Source: Octopus bimaculoides
Lineage: Eukaryota
Length of the DNA stretch: 64,000 bases
Reading direction: 5' to 3'
Assembly: GCF_001194135.2 (NCBI RefSeq)
Contig: NC_068981.1
Location: 110,680,923-110,744,922, forward strand
A program made the position numbers and the translations under genes. Under the pieces are notes generated by a model. The model did no database searches. It saw nothing but the letters and a program-made list of their open reading frames with translations, and was not told the origin of the DNA. Positions 50,050 to 63,436 of this stretch are shown in pieces (within the stretch, counting starts at the first letter, position 1; every line of letters starts with the position of its first letter).

Positions 50050-51030
50050 CACCTTCCCATAGAATCTGATACCAGCTGATGATACCTGCTGACCTTAACT
50101 TTCTATAGTTCTGCACACTTGACAATATCTGTAAGGACCTTGTCATACCCCGACTTCTATCAGTTTTCCCTTAGTGCCCTAGGCCGTTCAGTTAAAATGT
50201 GCTTTAGACTGCAAAGATTTGCTTCACTCTGCTTACAAAGTAGGTTTTCCTGTTTGGTCCAGATTTGTAGGTTATCTGAGGTTAGCAAGAGGTCAGCAAC
50301 AGCACACAGAAGGAACGACAATTTTTCTTAGTCAGTACTCCAGAATTTCCTCTAGGACACTTATGTGCCTGTTCCTGCTGTATCTAATATTCTGGCTGGG
50401 CAAATCTTACCTTTTCAATATGGTTTTCTCTGTTGAATCTCAAATCATTTTCTCTATGAACTCTGTCTTGTCCCTGGAATTGATATTTCTCCACTTTCTG
50501 GTGCTGTAGTTACCAAGCATTAGCTATCCTTGACCAACTATTTCAACGATCTCTTGAGGTTTCCAAAAGATTGTTTGTTCCGCGTCCTACACAGCTCTCT
50601 GAAGATTCCACTTCCTGCATCCTTTATGGTCTTGTTTGCATGTCTGACTCTCTCATATTCAGATAGTAGCAATGTACTGACTGCTCCTTCCTTGGTGACT
50701 TTGAATTCTTCCACTACTGATGGAATTGATAAATGGAACTTAGAGGTCTTGCTGTACTGGTTGACTGATTTGAAAAATGGTGAAGCACTAGCCACCTTTG
50801 CATGAATTTGCTGCACAAACTCTTCATTATCTACACCTGGGGCATGGTGAGGTCAAACAGTAAAGATTGTCCACTACAATTTATCTATGGGGCTATACTA
50901 GAAGCATCTCACTTTAAACCTCTCAAGCAAGTGGTTTTTGTCAAATGCCTGAGCCAATTGTTTAGTAGGGTCTTAATGTCTTTGGTATTGCTATTGTTCT
51001 CTGGTGCACTGCCATAATTCTTCCTAAGAC
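50050..51030 (-). mobile_element. HERO-like (R2-group, REL-encoding) non-LTR remnant
   Basis: Minus strand gives AFDKNHLLERFK..KL*W, KFHLSIPSVVEEFKVTKEGAVSTLLLSEYERVRHA (HERO-type LP..S..EEF.V.K..L..S.D..VR.A) and DNLQIWTK..LCSLKHIL..RAL..YDKVL (CCHC + RHD region). Confidence 0.7.
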
Positions 51031-51469
51031 ATTAGCTACCTTTTTCCTGAATTAATAATAATAATAATCATCCTGCCTTGACACCTAATTCTGAGAGGAG
51101 GACTAGTAGGAAGACTAGTCACTGATGAATGAAGATGAGCAACAGTTTTCCTTTCAGCATATTCAGGTTCTGAGACTTCTCTGGAATGAATTTCACATGT
51201 ATCTATGTGACCATCTTTTCCAGTGAGGTCATGGTCTGCCATATTTTTTGGATCGATACAGTTATGTCTATTCTGTCATCCATGAAAGTTCTGCAAAACA
51301 AGTGTACATGTGCATATATTTGTGTAAGTGTGTATATGTGTATGTGTGTATCCATCCATCCATTCAAAATCACCTACTCGTTCATTTATTCCTGATTATG
51401 GAAATAAAGAATTATTCTGTTGTAACTGATTTATTGAGAATAGCTTTAATATCTTTCTGGACTTTACAG

Positions 51470-51642
51470 ATCCACAAAATACATGCTTGATTGCTAATGG
51501 TACCAAATCTGGATTAATTGGATGGTGGGCAGGTCTCAGTGCAGCACTGACAAATGTGAATCAGTGTAGAGTAGAAGACCAACCTGCTGGACTACATTGG
51601 CTCAAATATCAAAATCCCTTGAACCCGAATTATCCAGACCAA
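51470..51642 (+). CDS. Internal coding exon of an unidentified host gene
   Basis: Branch-like taactgat, then pyrimidine-rich atctttctggactttacAG acceptor (51468-51469) and a strong CAA|GTAAGT donor (51643). The 173 bp are open, phase 1 to phase 0, encoding xPQNTCLIANGTKSGLIGWWAGLSAALTNVNQCRVEDQPAGLHWLKYQNPLNPNYPDQ. Non-repetitive composition. Confidence 0.7.
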
Positions 51643-52089
51643 GTAAGTTATTTTACTTCTCATTTATTTAGAGAAATAGGTTAATGTAATAGAGTTAATT
51701 CATTGATTCTGAACAAGACAGCTTCCTCTCCAATTCATTCATTTGAATCTAACAACACAGAAATGTGAAAATTATTACACAGCTGATGTCTTCTGTTTTA
51801 ATGTAGGATACAGTCTACCATTCATTATATACATATAAACAGTAATGCCTTGAGACACGAGTTAATTTGTTCCTGGAGACTGCTCATAAAGTAGAGCAAT
51901 AATTTTCCATAGTAATGTTATAGACCATAATTCATTCCCAGAAAAATATTTCACCTATAAAATTTATAATACTTGTAAATAAATGGTAATAAAACAACAG
52001 TAGAATGTAAAGAACATTTTATGTAAAGTAAAAAGAATGTGATGATCATTTATAATAAAATATATTATTATTATAGTCGTTTTCTGAAT

Positions 52090-52392
52090 TACTTTCACTC
52101 ACACTAGACACATGCACACCATCACTTGTAGACTTGATCACTAATTCACAAGCACTTGTAGATGAACTTGTAAATTTCTTTTTAAAAAACAAGTCTACAG
52201 TTGTTTCCTTAGAAAATATTTTCGCTCCTTATAAATTTTTCAGCAACACAGAAGCTTTTGATATGGTAGTAGAAACTTTTGCACTTTGTTCACGAAATGG
52301 CTGTTTAATATTTTTATTGTTATTATAAAAATAAAACTCATAAACCCAGGTTCTCATAAAGTAGGTCCTCATAAAGTGAGGTATAACTGTAT
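52090..52392 (-). mobile_element. Possible pogo/Tigger-like remnant
   Basis: A terminal tacagttatacctcactttatgagg (reverse complement of about 52368-52392) resembles pogo/Tigger TIRs. Minus-strand KETTVDLFFKK resembles the Tigger C-terminal KQTTLD.FF.K. Confidence 0.35.
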
Positions 52393-53094
52393 ATAACAAA
52401 AATATGGATAGAGAAAATCACATCTTTAATCGTTGAATTTACCATACAAAGCTGATGATTGTTTGTGCTGCATCAACATATGTAGATACAGAATATATCA
52501 TTCAAATTAATATATATGAAAATACATGTTAACACAATGTTTTCAAAATGATCCAAAATTAGTTCATTTCAACGAGAACTAAGAAAATATCTCCAGTATA
52601 TGAATGCATACAAAAAGAGCATTAAGAAGAAATATAATCTAAGAGAAGCTATTTTTATATTCAACTCTTGGTGACATCAGTGGATAATGAAAAAATATAA
52701 AATAAACGTGAATTCTATGTTATGACAATTAAAAATATACAGATTGTACATCATGGCAATTAGTTGTCTATTTATTAAACTTTTGGTGAAAAGTTATGCA
52801 TATATAATATATGAAGAGCATTTATAATTAAGAATTGAAATATTTAAATGCCTTCTGAAATTTGTGACAATATTCCAATGTAAAATTACCATTAGGATTT
52901 AATGTTATTAATTTAGAAGTGATTATATGATACATTTCTTCAAGTAGAATTGCCAGTATTTTATTATGTAACTAATAATGGACCTCTTGAAATCATACTT
53001 AATGTTCCTGTCTTTTTAAATCCCAAATGCATTTACTAAGATTTGTAGAATTACCTTTTCTTCTTCTGTCATTATATTATTATTATTACGAATA

Positions 53095-53300
53095 AAAATG
53101 CTTAGTGGCATTTCATCTGTCTTTACGTTCTGAGTTCAAATTCCGCCGAAGTCGACTTTGCCTTTCATCCTTTCAGGGTCGATAAATAAAGTACTAGTGA
53201 AACACCGGGGTTGATATAATCAACTTGTTCCCCCCCCACCACCACCACCACAAAAAATTTTCAGGCTTTGTGTCTTCAGTGGAAAGGATTATTATTATTA
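53095..53300 (+). mobile_element. tRNA-derived SINE family 2, 5'-truncated
   Basis: tacgttctgagttcaaattccgccgaagtcgactttgcctttcatcctttcagggtcgataaataaagtac, the reverse-complement match to 19961-20178. Ends in an (ATT)n tail. Confidence 0.85.
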
Positions 53301-53330
53301 TGACTGAAAATGATTATGAAATCTAGATTT

Positions 53331-53452
53331 CCCCACATGACCATACCAGCGCAATCGTCTCTCTTGCACACCACAACTGATGCTTCTTAGGTTCAACTTT
53401 TCTCTCAAGGTACTTACGCTCTGTCGAGTATGCACACTGACGTTACACATCC
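53331..53452 (-). mobile_element. Internal RTE fragment
   Basis: Near-identical to 29772-29890 and 55477-55596. Confidence 0.85.
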
Positions 53453-53889
53453 AAATTTCCAAATTGTAGCAAATTGTAATAGTACTTATGATCTCCTGTT
53501 ATTACCTTACATTGATACACTATTTTTCCTTAAACACTGATTTTCTAAAGAACAGACAATTTTGTTTTTCCAATTATAATTTTTATTCACTATAATCCCC
53601 TCCTTCTCCCTCCCCCTCCCTATGTATACAATTAAGAATATAAATACTCACTAATTGGTTACTTGAGCTGAGTCACTGGAGTCCATAATAATGTTGAAAT
53701 AATCAGGTGTATCAGTTCTACTCCAGTACTTTCATCAAATTCAGTTATGGTTTTCCTAGCTTTATTTTCCTAAATCTATAAAGATCAATTATAAATATGA
53801 TATAAAATGTTCCTAAATTTAGAAAATATTCCTAAATTTATAAGTAGCAATTATAAATATAATATAAAATGTGAAGTTGATATAATACT

Positions 53890-54520
53890 AAAGTATTATA
53901 TCAACTTCACATTTGGATAAATCTGAATTCTTCCAAAAATTAAGGCCTTATTCAGTAGTATAGGGTTGATGGATGACTGATAATTTGATATATCTAACTG
54001 AATGAATTTAGTATGTTTTTTTATCCTTAATATTAATGAACCAATCAATAACTTCCAAGGAATTAGACCATAAAGATTAATCAATATTTTGTTTAAGCTT
54101 TGGAATATGTTTATCAATAATAAATTTTCTAATCACACCAATATCTGATTTAGATGGGCAGATAAGTCTAACTTGTGGATCAGTATTAAAGTTAGGTTTA
54201 TGATCTTTTAAGTTAATTCTGGGTGTTTTGTGAGTGTAAAGTTCAATTTGACAGTCAACTTGTAAATCTTCAACTATGTCTTTCACAATTAAATAAATGT
54301 TAAGTCACTTTTCCTCAGAGGTCATTCTATAATCCTTTGTATTTGTTTTTTTAACTAAAGAGAAGTATATTTCAGGTTCCAAATGATAAAGGTTTCTAGT
54401 TTTATCCACATGAACATATATGTCAGGTTTATCCTAAATTCTTCCAATAATTGCTGCAATTTTCTTCAATGAGGGTTTCTTCTCATAGGGAATAAATGGA
54501 ATTTAACATTTAAAAAAATA
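53890..54520 (-). mobile_element. Penelope-like RT N-terminal remnant
   Basis: DIYVHVDKTRNLY, PRINLKDHKPNFNTDPQVRLICPSKSDIGVIRKFIIDK, and KFIQLDISNYQSSINPILLNKAL. Confidence 0.8.
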
Positions 54521-54589
54521 TTCCAAAGTTTACCTTCAAAATCAGTCAATAGTGAGTTATAAAGTGGACTCCTTCAGGACACAAATATT

Positions 54590-56101
54590 TCATCATCATG
54601 GTTTAACGTCCGCTTTCCATGCTAGCATGGGTTGGACAATTTGACTGAGGACTGGTGAACCATCAGGCTCCAATCTGATTTGGCAGAGTTTCTACTGCTG
54701 GATGCCCATCCTAACGCCAACCACTCCGAGAGTGTAGAGGGTGCTTTTACGTGTCACCGGCACGAAGGCCAGTCAGGCAGTACTGGCAATGGCCACGCTC
54801 AAAATAGTATATTTTACGTGTCACCTGCTCAGGAGCCAGTCCAGTGGCACTGGCAATGATCTTGCTTGAATATCTTTTCACATGCCACTGGCACAAGTGC
54901 CAGGAACGATGCTGGTAACGATCACGCTCAAATGGTGCTATTTACGTGCCACTGGCATGGAAGCCAGACTGTTGCTCTGGCAATGATCACGCTCAAACGG
55001 TGCTCTTAGCGCTCCACTGGTACAGGTGCCACCACAATTTTGCTTTCACTTGCCCCAACAGGTCTTCGCAAACTGAGTTTAGTGTCCAATGAAGGAAACT
55101 TTGGCATTAGTGCCAGTCATTGAATTTAGTTCGATTTCGATTTCCATGGGTGCCAGTCGTCGAATTTAGTTCAATTACGATTTCACTTGCCTCAACAGGT
55201 CTTCGCAAGTCCAATGAAGGAAAGGTATGCATAAGTGGGCTGGCTACATCCTTGGCTGAGGCCTTGGATTTTGGTCTCACTTGGCTTGCCGGGTTTTCTC
55301 ACGCACAGCATATTTCCAAAGGTCTCGGTCAGAAGTCATTGCTTTGGTGAGGCCTAATGTTCTAAGGTCGTGCTTCACCACCTCATCCCAGGTCTTCCTG
55401 GGCCTACTTCTTCCACAGGTTTCCTCAACCACTAGGGTGTGGCACTTTTTCACACAGCTATCCTCATCCATTCTTGCCACATGACCATACCAGCGCAATC
55501 GTCTCTCTTGCACACCACAACTGATGCATCTTAGGTTCAACTTTTCTCTCAAGGTACTTACACTCTGTCGAGTATGCACACTGATGTTACACATCCATCG
55601 GAGCATACTGGCTTCATTCCTTGCGAGCTTACGCATGTCCTCAGCAGTCACAGGCCATGTTTCCCTGCCATGTAGCATGGTTGTTTGTACACATGCGTCA
55701 TACTCATGCCTTTTACTCTGAGTGAGAGGCCCATTGTCACCAGCAGAGGTAAGAGCTCTCTGAACTTTGCCCAGGCTATTCTTATTCTAGCAGCTACACT
55801 TTCAGCGCACCCTTCTCCACTACTAACTTGGTCACCGAGATATCGGAAGCTATCAACTACGTCTAGTTTTTATCTCTGGAATGTGGCAGAAGTTGTTTTC
55901 AGCACATTTTCAGTGTTTATTGCTCCTGAACATCTGCCACATACAAAAACTAACTTCCTAGTTAACCTGCCTTTGATATTGCTGCACCTCTTATGTGTCC
56001 ATAGCTTGCACTGGGTACATCTTATAGAGTTTCTACCTATGCCTTTTCTACAGATCGAGCAGGGCCATCTACCTGAAGGGGTTTGTGTTTTGTCTACCTT
56101 C
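54590..56101 (-). mobile_element. RTE-clade LINE copy G, 5'-truncated (about 1.5 kb)
   Basis: (ATC)n 3' end. ORF 55277-55678 (MLHGRETWPVTAEDMRKLARNE..RRLRWYGHVARM). Highly similar to copy A. Confidence 0.92.
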
Positions 56102-56710
56102 CGAAGATCATTATTAAATCAACCATCACAATCATTCTTCTTGTCAAAGTAGTATGCACACAACCCTATGTGATGAATAAGTGAGTTGGTCTTAGTGAGA
56201 TTTTTCATATATTCTGTTTTAGGTGGTAAAGGTATGTCCTTTACAGATGCATCCTTAAAAACTGTCTCCATTTCAAGGATAATCTACTGTAAGCACTCTA
56301 AATGAAGAGAATAATAGAGTTTATAATCAGAATACAAAAGGGATTTAAAAGTACGTGCAGATATAAAGTTCTCAGTTTTAAATGAATTTAGTCAATTATA
56401 TCAAACAATTAGACACCAATAATTGCAATTAGAATACATAACCATGGTATTTCCTCATGTGTGACAAATGGATCCAAATATTATTTAGAAGAATTTCGAA
56501 TAATTCAGAATATTAGACAACAAAAATACAGATAAAAAAATCACATCTCTACAAAGCTGACTGTTGGTTTTGTTGCATCAGCATATTTAGATACAGAAAA
56601 TACCATTCAAATTACTACATCCCTGTTGACACAATGTTTTCAAGGTGATCCAAAAATTAGTTAAATTCAAAGATATGGCTACAAACAGTGTAATATACTA
56701 ACCCATACAC

Positions 56711-56743
<33 letters not shown>

Positions 56744-58690
56744 GTGCAAATGCCTGCGCAGATAGGGATATATACTGCAGAATAGGGATACAAGATGAAA
56801 TAGACGGGACAAGATCAGAGAGAAGAGGAGACATGAAGAACAGACAGTCATTGAAGAGGTCACAGTATGTGATGAAAAATCTCTGACAAGTAAAAGCAAA
56901 AGTGTAGATCAAATAAACAGTGTGTGTATTTGTTGGCAAAATAACCGTCCCAAATATAACAATATCTGTTTCAATAGACAAGAATCTTGCAAAACATACA
57001 TAAATGTAATAACTATTTGTTGACATACAACAATTATGAAACTGTCATGAAAATATGGTGAATCCTTATCGCTGATAAAAATATTTCACTGAAATGTTAA
57101 TGTTATACTGTTGTTCAGGATAAGATTATTCTAAAATCATTTTCCCTGAAACTTTATCATCCGCCGCATTTTTAGCATTATCTTACCACAGCTATTGTTG
57201 CTATCTATGGCTAAATAATAATATAAAATATCTAACTGATGCACTATGTTATGGAAAGAAAAATGAGAAATTCTCTCAAGTATTCATCATCTGTCACATA
57301 TATTACAAATAAATACCAGTGTTGATAACCGCAAATCTTCAATTTGACTTCCTTGTATTCATCCTTCTCTCATTCTCACTCTATACCACATTCTCTATAC
57401 CAACAACAATGGCATCTGCAACAAGAATATTGGTGTCAACCACAACAATGATTGCTACAGCATCTGCAACAACAGTTCTCTGTCAACTACAATAACAACA
57501 AATAAGGCAATAATGTCAGCAATGATGGCATGGATTCTTCATGAACAATCACAACTGCATCATAAAAAGTGTATTAAAAGTTCCTACAACACAGTGACCT
57601 GTACCCACCTAGCCTATCTTCTCATCTGTCTTCTACCACTGTTGCTGTGGCTACTACTAGGTATCACTATAGAGTACCGTACAATGGAGACAAGCACAGT
57701 TTGAACATGCAAAAACACACTTTTTGCTTCTTCATTTTCATGTCAAAATAAATTTTTCCCATGGAAAATTATATATCATTTGAAAGTTCTTGATGTGAAC
57801 TTTATTTTCATATAATTTTGATTAAAATCTGACTGTTATATATCATGACAAGATCCCTCAAACACTCTGGTATTTCCACATGTTTTTCAAAGTTTGTCCT
57901 TTTTTATTGTGCTACTGAACAGTAGCTCTCATTCTAGTTCAGTGCACTTGAGTTGTGTTGAAAATCATACAGTCATAAAGAGGAATGTTTTTGTTTTATT
58001 TTAATATGAAAATCAATGGCGGTAAGTCAGATAATCATTATGAACTATAAAAGTGAAAATTTTCGTTAATTTTCACTTAGAAAAGAACATATTTTCTTCA
58101 AGATTTTTATGTCATAAGGTAAAAAGATTTCTTCCAAATTCAATATTGCTATTGCTGAATTGGCCACAATATGGTGAAAGAGCCTAAAGCAAGTAAAGAG
58201 AGTAGCATACTGAGGCTACTTGCCAAACTGACATATTTGTGCACAGCGAGAGGTCAAGCAGAACATGAATCCAAGGGATTGAATATCAAGTATGAGCCAG
58301 AATTTCAAGAAATGGATGAACTAATTACTAAGTAAACATATATTTCTATCCAAAAATGCACTAAATTGAGCCCAAACTTTGCATGGAATCGTCATATTGA
58401 GATTGTTGTTTATTCCCTCTTGCTGCTGTGAAAGCATGTAAATTTCATTTTCCTGTAAGAAATATTGGTCAAATTTCACTTATAAAAATTATATTGTGCA
58501 ATGAATATAATTTGGTGATTATTGAAGTCAGATGTGATGTTTTTTATCTCAGTTTTGAATATAGTCGGTAGTATTTACACATTCGTTTCGGGTTTTTTTC
58601 TCTTTCATATTAGTGGGTTTGTTGTAAGTTACTGTTGTTTTAATGTCTTTAATTTGTTTTTAATGCTTAAAGCAAGGAATTAGTTTTCAC

Positions 58691-59300
58691 ATCATCATCA
58701 TCATTATCATCATTTAACGTCCATTTTCCATGCTGGCATGGGTTGGATGGTTCGACTAGAGTCTGGGAAGTCAGGAGGCTGCACTGGACCCCAATCTGAT
58801 CTGGCAGTGTTTCTACGGCTGGATGCCCTTCCTAATGCCAACCACTCCGCGAGTGTAGTGGGTGCTTTTTACATGCCACTGGCACAGGGGCCAGAGGAGC
58901 TGGCATCAACCATGATTGGATGGTGCTTTTTACGTGCCACCAGCACAGAAGCCAGTTAAAGTGGCACTGGCATTAGCCACATTTGGATGGTGCTTTTTAT
59001 GTGCTACCAGCATTTGATTTGATTTTGATATTGCTGTTGATGTTGATGTACTTGACTCAATAGGTCTCCTCAAGCATGGCATGTCGCCCTACGATCCAAG
59101 GTACTTTTGAGTGGGCTGGTTATGTGACACTGGTGTAGGTTACAGCTGTGGACTCACTTTATTTGCCGGGTCTTCTCAGTCACAGCATACCTCCAGAGGT
59201 TTCGGTCTTTTGTCATTGCCTCTGTGAGGCCTAACGTTTGAAGGTCATGTTTCACCACCTCATCCTACATCTTCCTGGGTCTCCCTCTACTCCAGATTCA
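58691..59300 (-). mobile_element. RTE-family 3' fragment
   Basis: (ATC)n followed by tttaacgtccattttccatgctggcatgggttgg, and ends in the gaggcctaacgtttgaaggtcatgtttcaccacctcatcc ORF2 terminus. Confidence 0.85.
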
Positions 59301-59789
59301 CATATTGCTTGTTTTTTAATCTAGGTCTACATGCAATCCTGAGAAAAATTGCAGGTGGTTGTGGGATGTGCTAGAAACAACAGCTAAATCTCCCATTTTG
59401 TTTGATTATACTTTCAAAATTTTTTTTTACCAAAAAGGTTTCTCCCATTGTTTTTAAGTGTGTAATACAAAAAAAAAAAGGCCAAAATTGGTTTTGAGGA
59501 AATAAGAAGCATACGCCATTATTTACAAAGCCATGATCCCAAAGAAAAAAAAAATTTAAAAATCCCCATCAAAACGGAGAAAATACAACCTATGTGGGCA
59601 TCCTCATCTGAAACTCCATCATCTATAGCCATTTTTATTAGTCCATTAGAATTTAATTGTAATGGAGTCATGTTCCAAAATCTCTGGATTTATTTAGTTC
59701 TATACCTACTACAATTGTACCAAAACTCAAGTCCCTGTGGCTTGTACTTTTGGATTTAACTAGGTTTGAAAACACATTCAGTTCAAAAT

Positions 59790-60000
59790 GCACAAATTTT
59801 TTCTGTTTTGCATATCGATATTCACGGCTTGACTGCAAATTATTATTCTAATTTTTTTACTCAATTCTGAGTGATTTGTGTTACAGAAACATGGACAAAG
59901 AAAAATCACAATGAAGATATTTTCAGTATTAAGGGTACAATTTTTTTGCAAATCTAGGAATACAAAAAGAAGGGGAGTAGGAATATATATTAGCACTTAG
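59790..60000 (+). mobile_element. CR1/L2-like APE endonuclease N-terminal remnant
   Basis: FSVLHIDIHGLTAN..VICVTETW..FSIKG..GVGIYI. Confidence 0.6.
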
Positions 60001-60539
60001 CACCCACGTTCCATTGACCTAGAGCACTTTAAGTCAGCAGACTGGTTGGAACTCCTCTAGTTTTATGCCATTTATCTCTGGCAGTACATTTACTTCAATC
60101 CTGATCATCAGAAACAATTAGGCTGAAACTCTTCTTTTAAGTTTGTCCCTTTACATCCTTATAAGCAACAAAATCTCAGTCTCCCAAGTCACCCAAGTAG
60201 TTTACATGTAACTGCACCTCTTCAAGCATAAAATAACTCCTATAATAGCTGAAGAATCTCAGCCATTCTCAGAAAAGCTATCAATTCACTCAGCTGTGCA
60301 ACACTTGGAAAAAACTGTCTGGCATACAATGGATGCTTTAATGCATCAAATGGCCAGCAAGATTTTCTGTGGCTGATTCATAACTTTGAGTGCTTTTTTC
60401 CTTTCTCTTCTAAACAAGGATAGCTTTTTAAGCAGTATCCACAAGGAAGAAAATTCAACGTCAAACACTTGACTGATCCACTTTAAATCAATCCTGTTTC
60501 ACTTTACCAGGCTCCTCATCCTTCACCACATGCAAGAAT

Positions 60540-61300
60540 ACCTTCATTTACTTCAAATAAGTTTGGCCACTGACTCTGACTATGTCTTTCCATTATATTT
60601 AAACAATACACACCAGAATTTGCTCTTTTACTCACTGAATCATTTTCTCTTATTCTCTGCAGTAATATACCCTGAAATTTGGAAGCATGCTTTAGTATGC
60701 TCTATTTTAAAGAATGTGAACCCCTTTGACTCAGCAAACTATCATCTTATTACTCTTATCTCTAATATCTCTAAGGTAAATGGAGACAGCCAATAACATG
60801 TACATTCTCCAACCCTCTGAAATCCTTCTGTCATCAGTGATCTCCAGTATGGCTTCTGCAGAGCCAGATCTACTGGTGACCTGTTCTTTTATGTTACTCA
60901 TCAATGGGCCCTTGCTTGAAGAAGTCCAGGGAAAGTAATGTTGTCCTTTGGATATCAAGAAAACCTTCAACTATGTCTGGCATGCTACTTTTCTCCTTCG
61001 AAAAGTTTTCCACCTATAAGCACCCACTATACTCTTGGAGTGGTTGGCGTTAGGAAGGGCATCCAGCTGTAGAAACTCTACCAAATCAGATTGGAGCCTT
61101 GCCAAATCAGATTGGAGCCTGGTGTAGCCATCTGGTTTCACCAGTCCTCAGTCAAATCGTCCAATCCATGCTAGCATGGAAAGCGGACGTTAAACGATGA
61201 TGATGAGGCTCCACCCATCTCATTTCTTGGACCAGTAGCTTCCTATCTGATTGCACCACCACAGCATGTTGACAAGAGTAATTTTGACTCACTCTCAGTC
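60540..61300 (+). mobile_element. CR1-like RT remnant, interrupted by an RTE 3' end
   Basis: YPEIWKHALVCSILKNVNPFDSANYHLITLISNISK, SDLQYGFCRARSTGDLFFYVTHQW..LDIKKTFNYVWH. Resumes after 61207 with LHP..ISWTSSFLS. Confidence 0.7.
61021..61207 (+). mobile_element. Short RTE 3' end insertion
   Basis: ggaagggcatccagctgtagaaac..ccatgctagcatggaaagcggacgttaaacgatgatgatga, with a tandem duplication of ccaaatcagattggagcct. Confidence 0.88.
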
Positions 61301-61789
61301 AATTTCCCTTGTATATATATGTATATATATATAAAGCAAATAAGTACAAGGATGTCCAGGTATTAGGGCATTACGGCTGTTTCAAGTGGCTCCATTTAGT
61401 CGGTCAATGCAAGCATTACATCAATTTGAAATGACCCGCTTTCCTATATACAGAAAGAGGAAGGGCAGAGTTAACTTAAACTATATTATGATTATCAATT
61501 AAAAGGGGCCTAAAATAGAAAACAAAGGAAGTCATAATGAGATCTAAGTGGGCATTAAGGGTATGGGGAGAAATTGTATATCTAAATTTAGCAAAATTTA
61601 TATATTTATATTTTGTATATTAAATTATAAAATTTAGAAAGAGAGTTAAGGACCAAGTAAGAGAAGACGGATAGATAAACCAATCTAAGCCCTGAAATGT
61701 GGGGTACTTTTATATAGAATAGAAACCTCATAATACCTCATACTAGCATATTGTTAAGGTAGTCCTGATAAAACTATTCAACAATGAAC

Positions 61790-62680
61790 AAAGAATGCAG
61801 AAAAAAATTTGTTTAATTCTTCAAAAAGTTTTAACCTAGGACTCACTTTCAAATACGGCATGAAGATAGCTAACTTCTTAGACACTAATTTAGATATAAA
61901 CTCTTGCTTATATTACCCCTATAAAAAACCGGATGAAGTTGCTAGAGATGTGAGCAAATCCTCTAATCATCTCCCTGATGTATTAAAATCAATAGTAAAA
62001 GAAATTTTGAGACGAATTACGCAATTATCAGCTAATAGGGATATATTTAATTCATACTCCCACTACTATAACTCTGCTCTTTCTAAAGCAGGATATAATC
62101 TGGAGATTGCATTTCTTAATTCAGAAAGTCAGATACCTACTAGGAATTATAATGAAAATATAAGGGAAAAGCCCACCTAGTCAAGCAGATAGACCTACTA
62201 GGATAGCCTCTAACATTCCTATTTAATCAATGAATAAGATATATAACAATAAGAAAATAGAATCTATAGATGGTAAGATGTACAATATGTATAATAATAG
62301 TAAGGATATGATTGAACTGAGTAGGGCCTCCTCTAATGATAACATAAATACCAGTAATGGGACCATATTTAATAATCAAACAGAGTTTGGGAGGTAGTTG
62401 AAGAATTGATAGGATCCACTTTTATAAACATAAGAAATCAGGAAAGAATAATGTAGTCTGGTATAACATTCCCTTTAACTGTGCTATATCTACCAATATA
62501 TATAATAAGTTTATGGCGAGTTTAGAAAAAAACTTCCCAGCTTCCCAGAAGTAAAATAAAATTTTTTCCCATAAGACAATCAAAATCTCATTCTACCTTT
62601 CGCAATGTAGATGCTATTATAGCCTGATTTAATAGAAGAAATATAAAATTAGCAGAAGCGATTAGTAAAAATAATAATAT
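61790..62680 (+). mobile_element. Penelope-like RT thumb/linker remnant
   Basis: ORF 61809-62180 (NFLDTNLDINS..YPYKKP..SNHLPDVLK..RRITQLS..YNSALSKAGY) and downstream VWYNIPFN..STNI..LEKNFP..NKIFSHKTIKIS. Confidence 0.8.
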
Positions 62681-63302
62681 TGTCAGTAGTGTTTTAAATT
62701 CCTGTAATGATGATAATTGTAGATATGTAGGAATTCAGAACAATAGAACTAATATATATAATATAAACAGTGATATCACTAGATATAATAACTCAGACAT
62801 TATTGACACAACACCTGGTTATTCTACAATGAATTTAAGTAATACTATAAATGATAGAAGTAATAGTACTATTAATAATAATAATAATAGATGATAATGA
62901 TAATCTATTATAATAATGAGCTTGTTTGTAAGTTTGTCCAAAATCACACAATAAGGAAGTAGTAGAATAAGTAAGAGTAAAAATAAAGAAGAGACAAAAT
63001 GGTAATAACAATGAGAGAGGGTGTGGTATCAAACAGCGCCTCTTGCTCTCTCTCTCTCTCCCTCTCTCTCCCTCTCTCTCTCAACAAAAACCTTTCACTT
63101 TATTGATGAATGCTACCTCTCTTTCTTTCTCTCACTCTCTCTGTGTCTCTCTCTCTCTCTGTCTCTCTATCTGTCTACAGATGCACATACACACTCTCTC
63201 TCTTTTTCTGTTTCTCTTACTCCTTCTCTCTCTTAACAACATTTTCATTTTTATTTGATGAATGCTGATTTTTTTCTGGTAAACATTAATAACAATAAAT
63301 CC

Positions 63303-63377
<75 letters not shown>

Positions 63378-63436
63378 CATATATAGATATATATATATAT
63401 ATATAAGTCATGATATGTGTGTGTGTGTGTGTGTGT
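63303..63436. repeat. (TA)n/(TG)n microsatellite
   Basis: Direct reading of the sequence. Confidence 0.97.

Noticed and set aside
57938-58027. Exon ending at the strong donor GCG|GTAAGT (58022)
   Set aside because: All three frames from the nearest plausible acceptor contain stops. It could only be non-coding.
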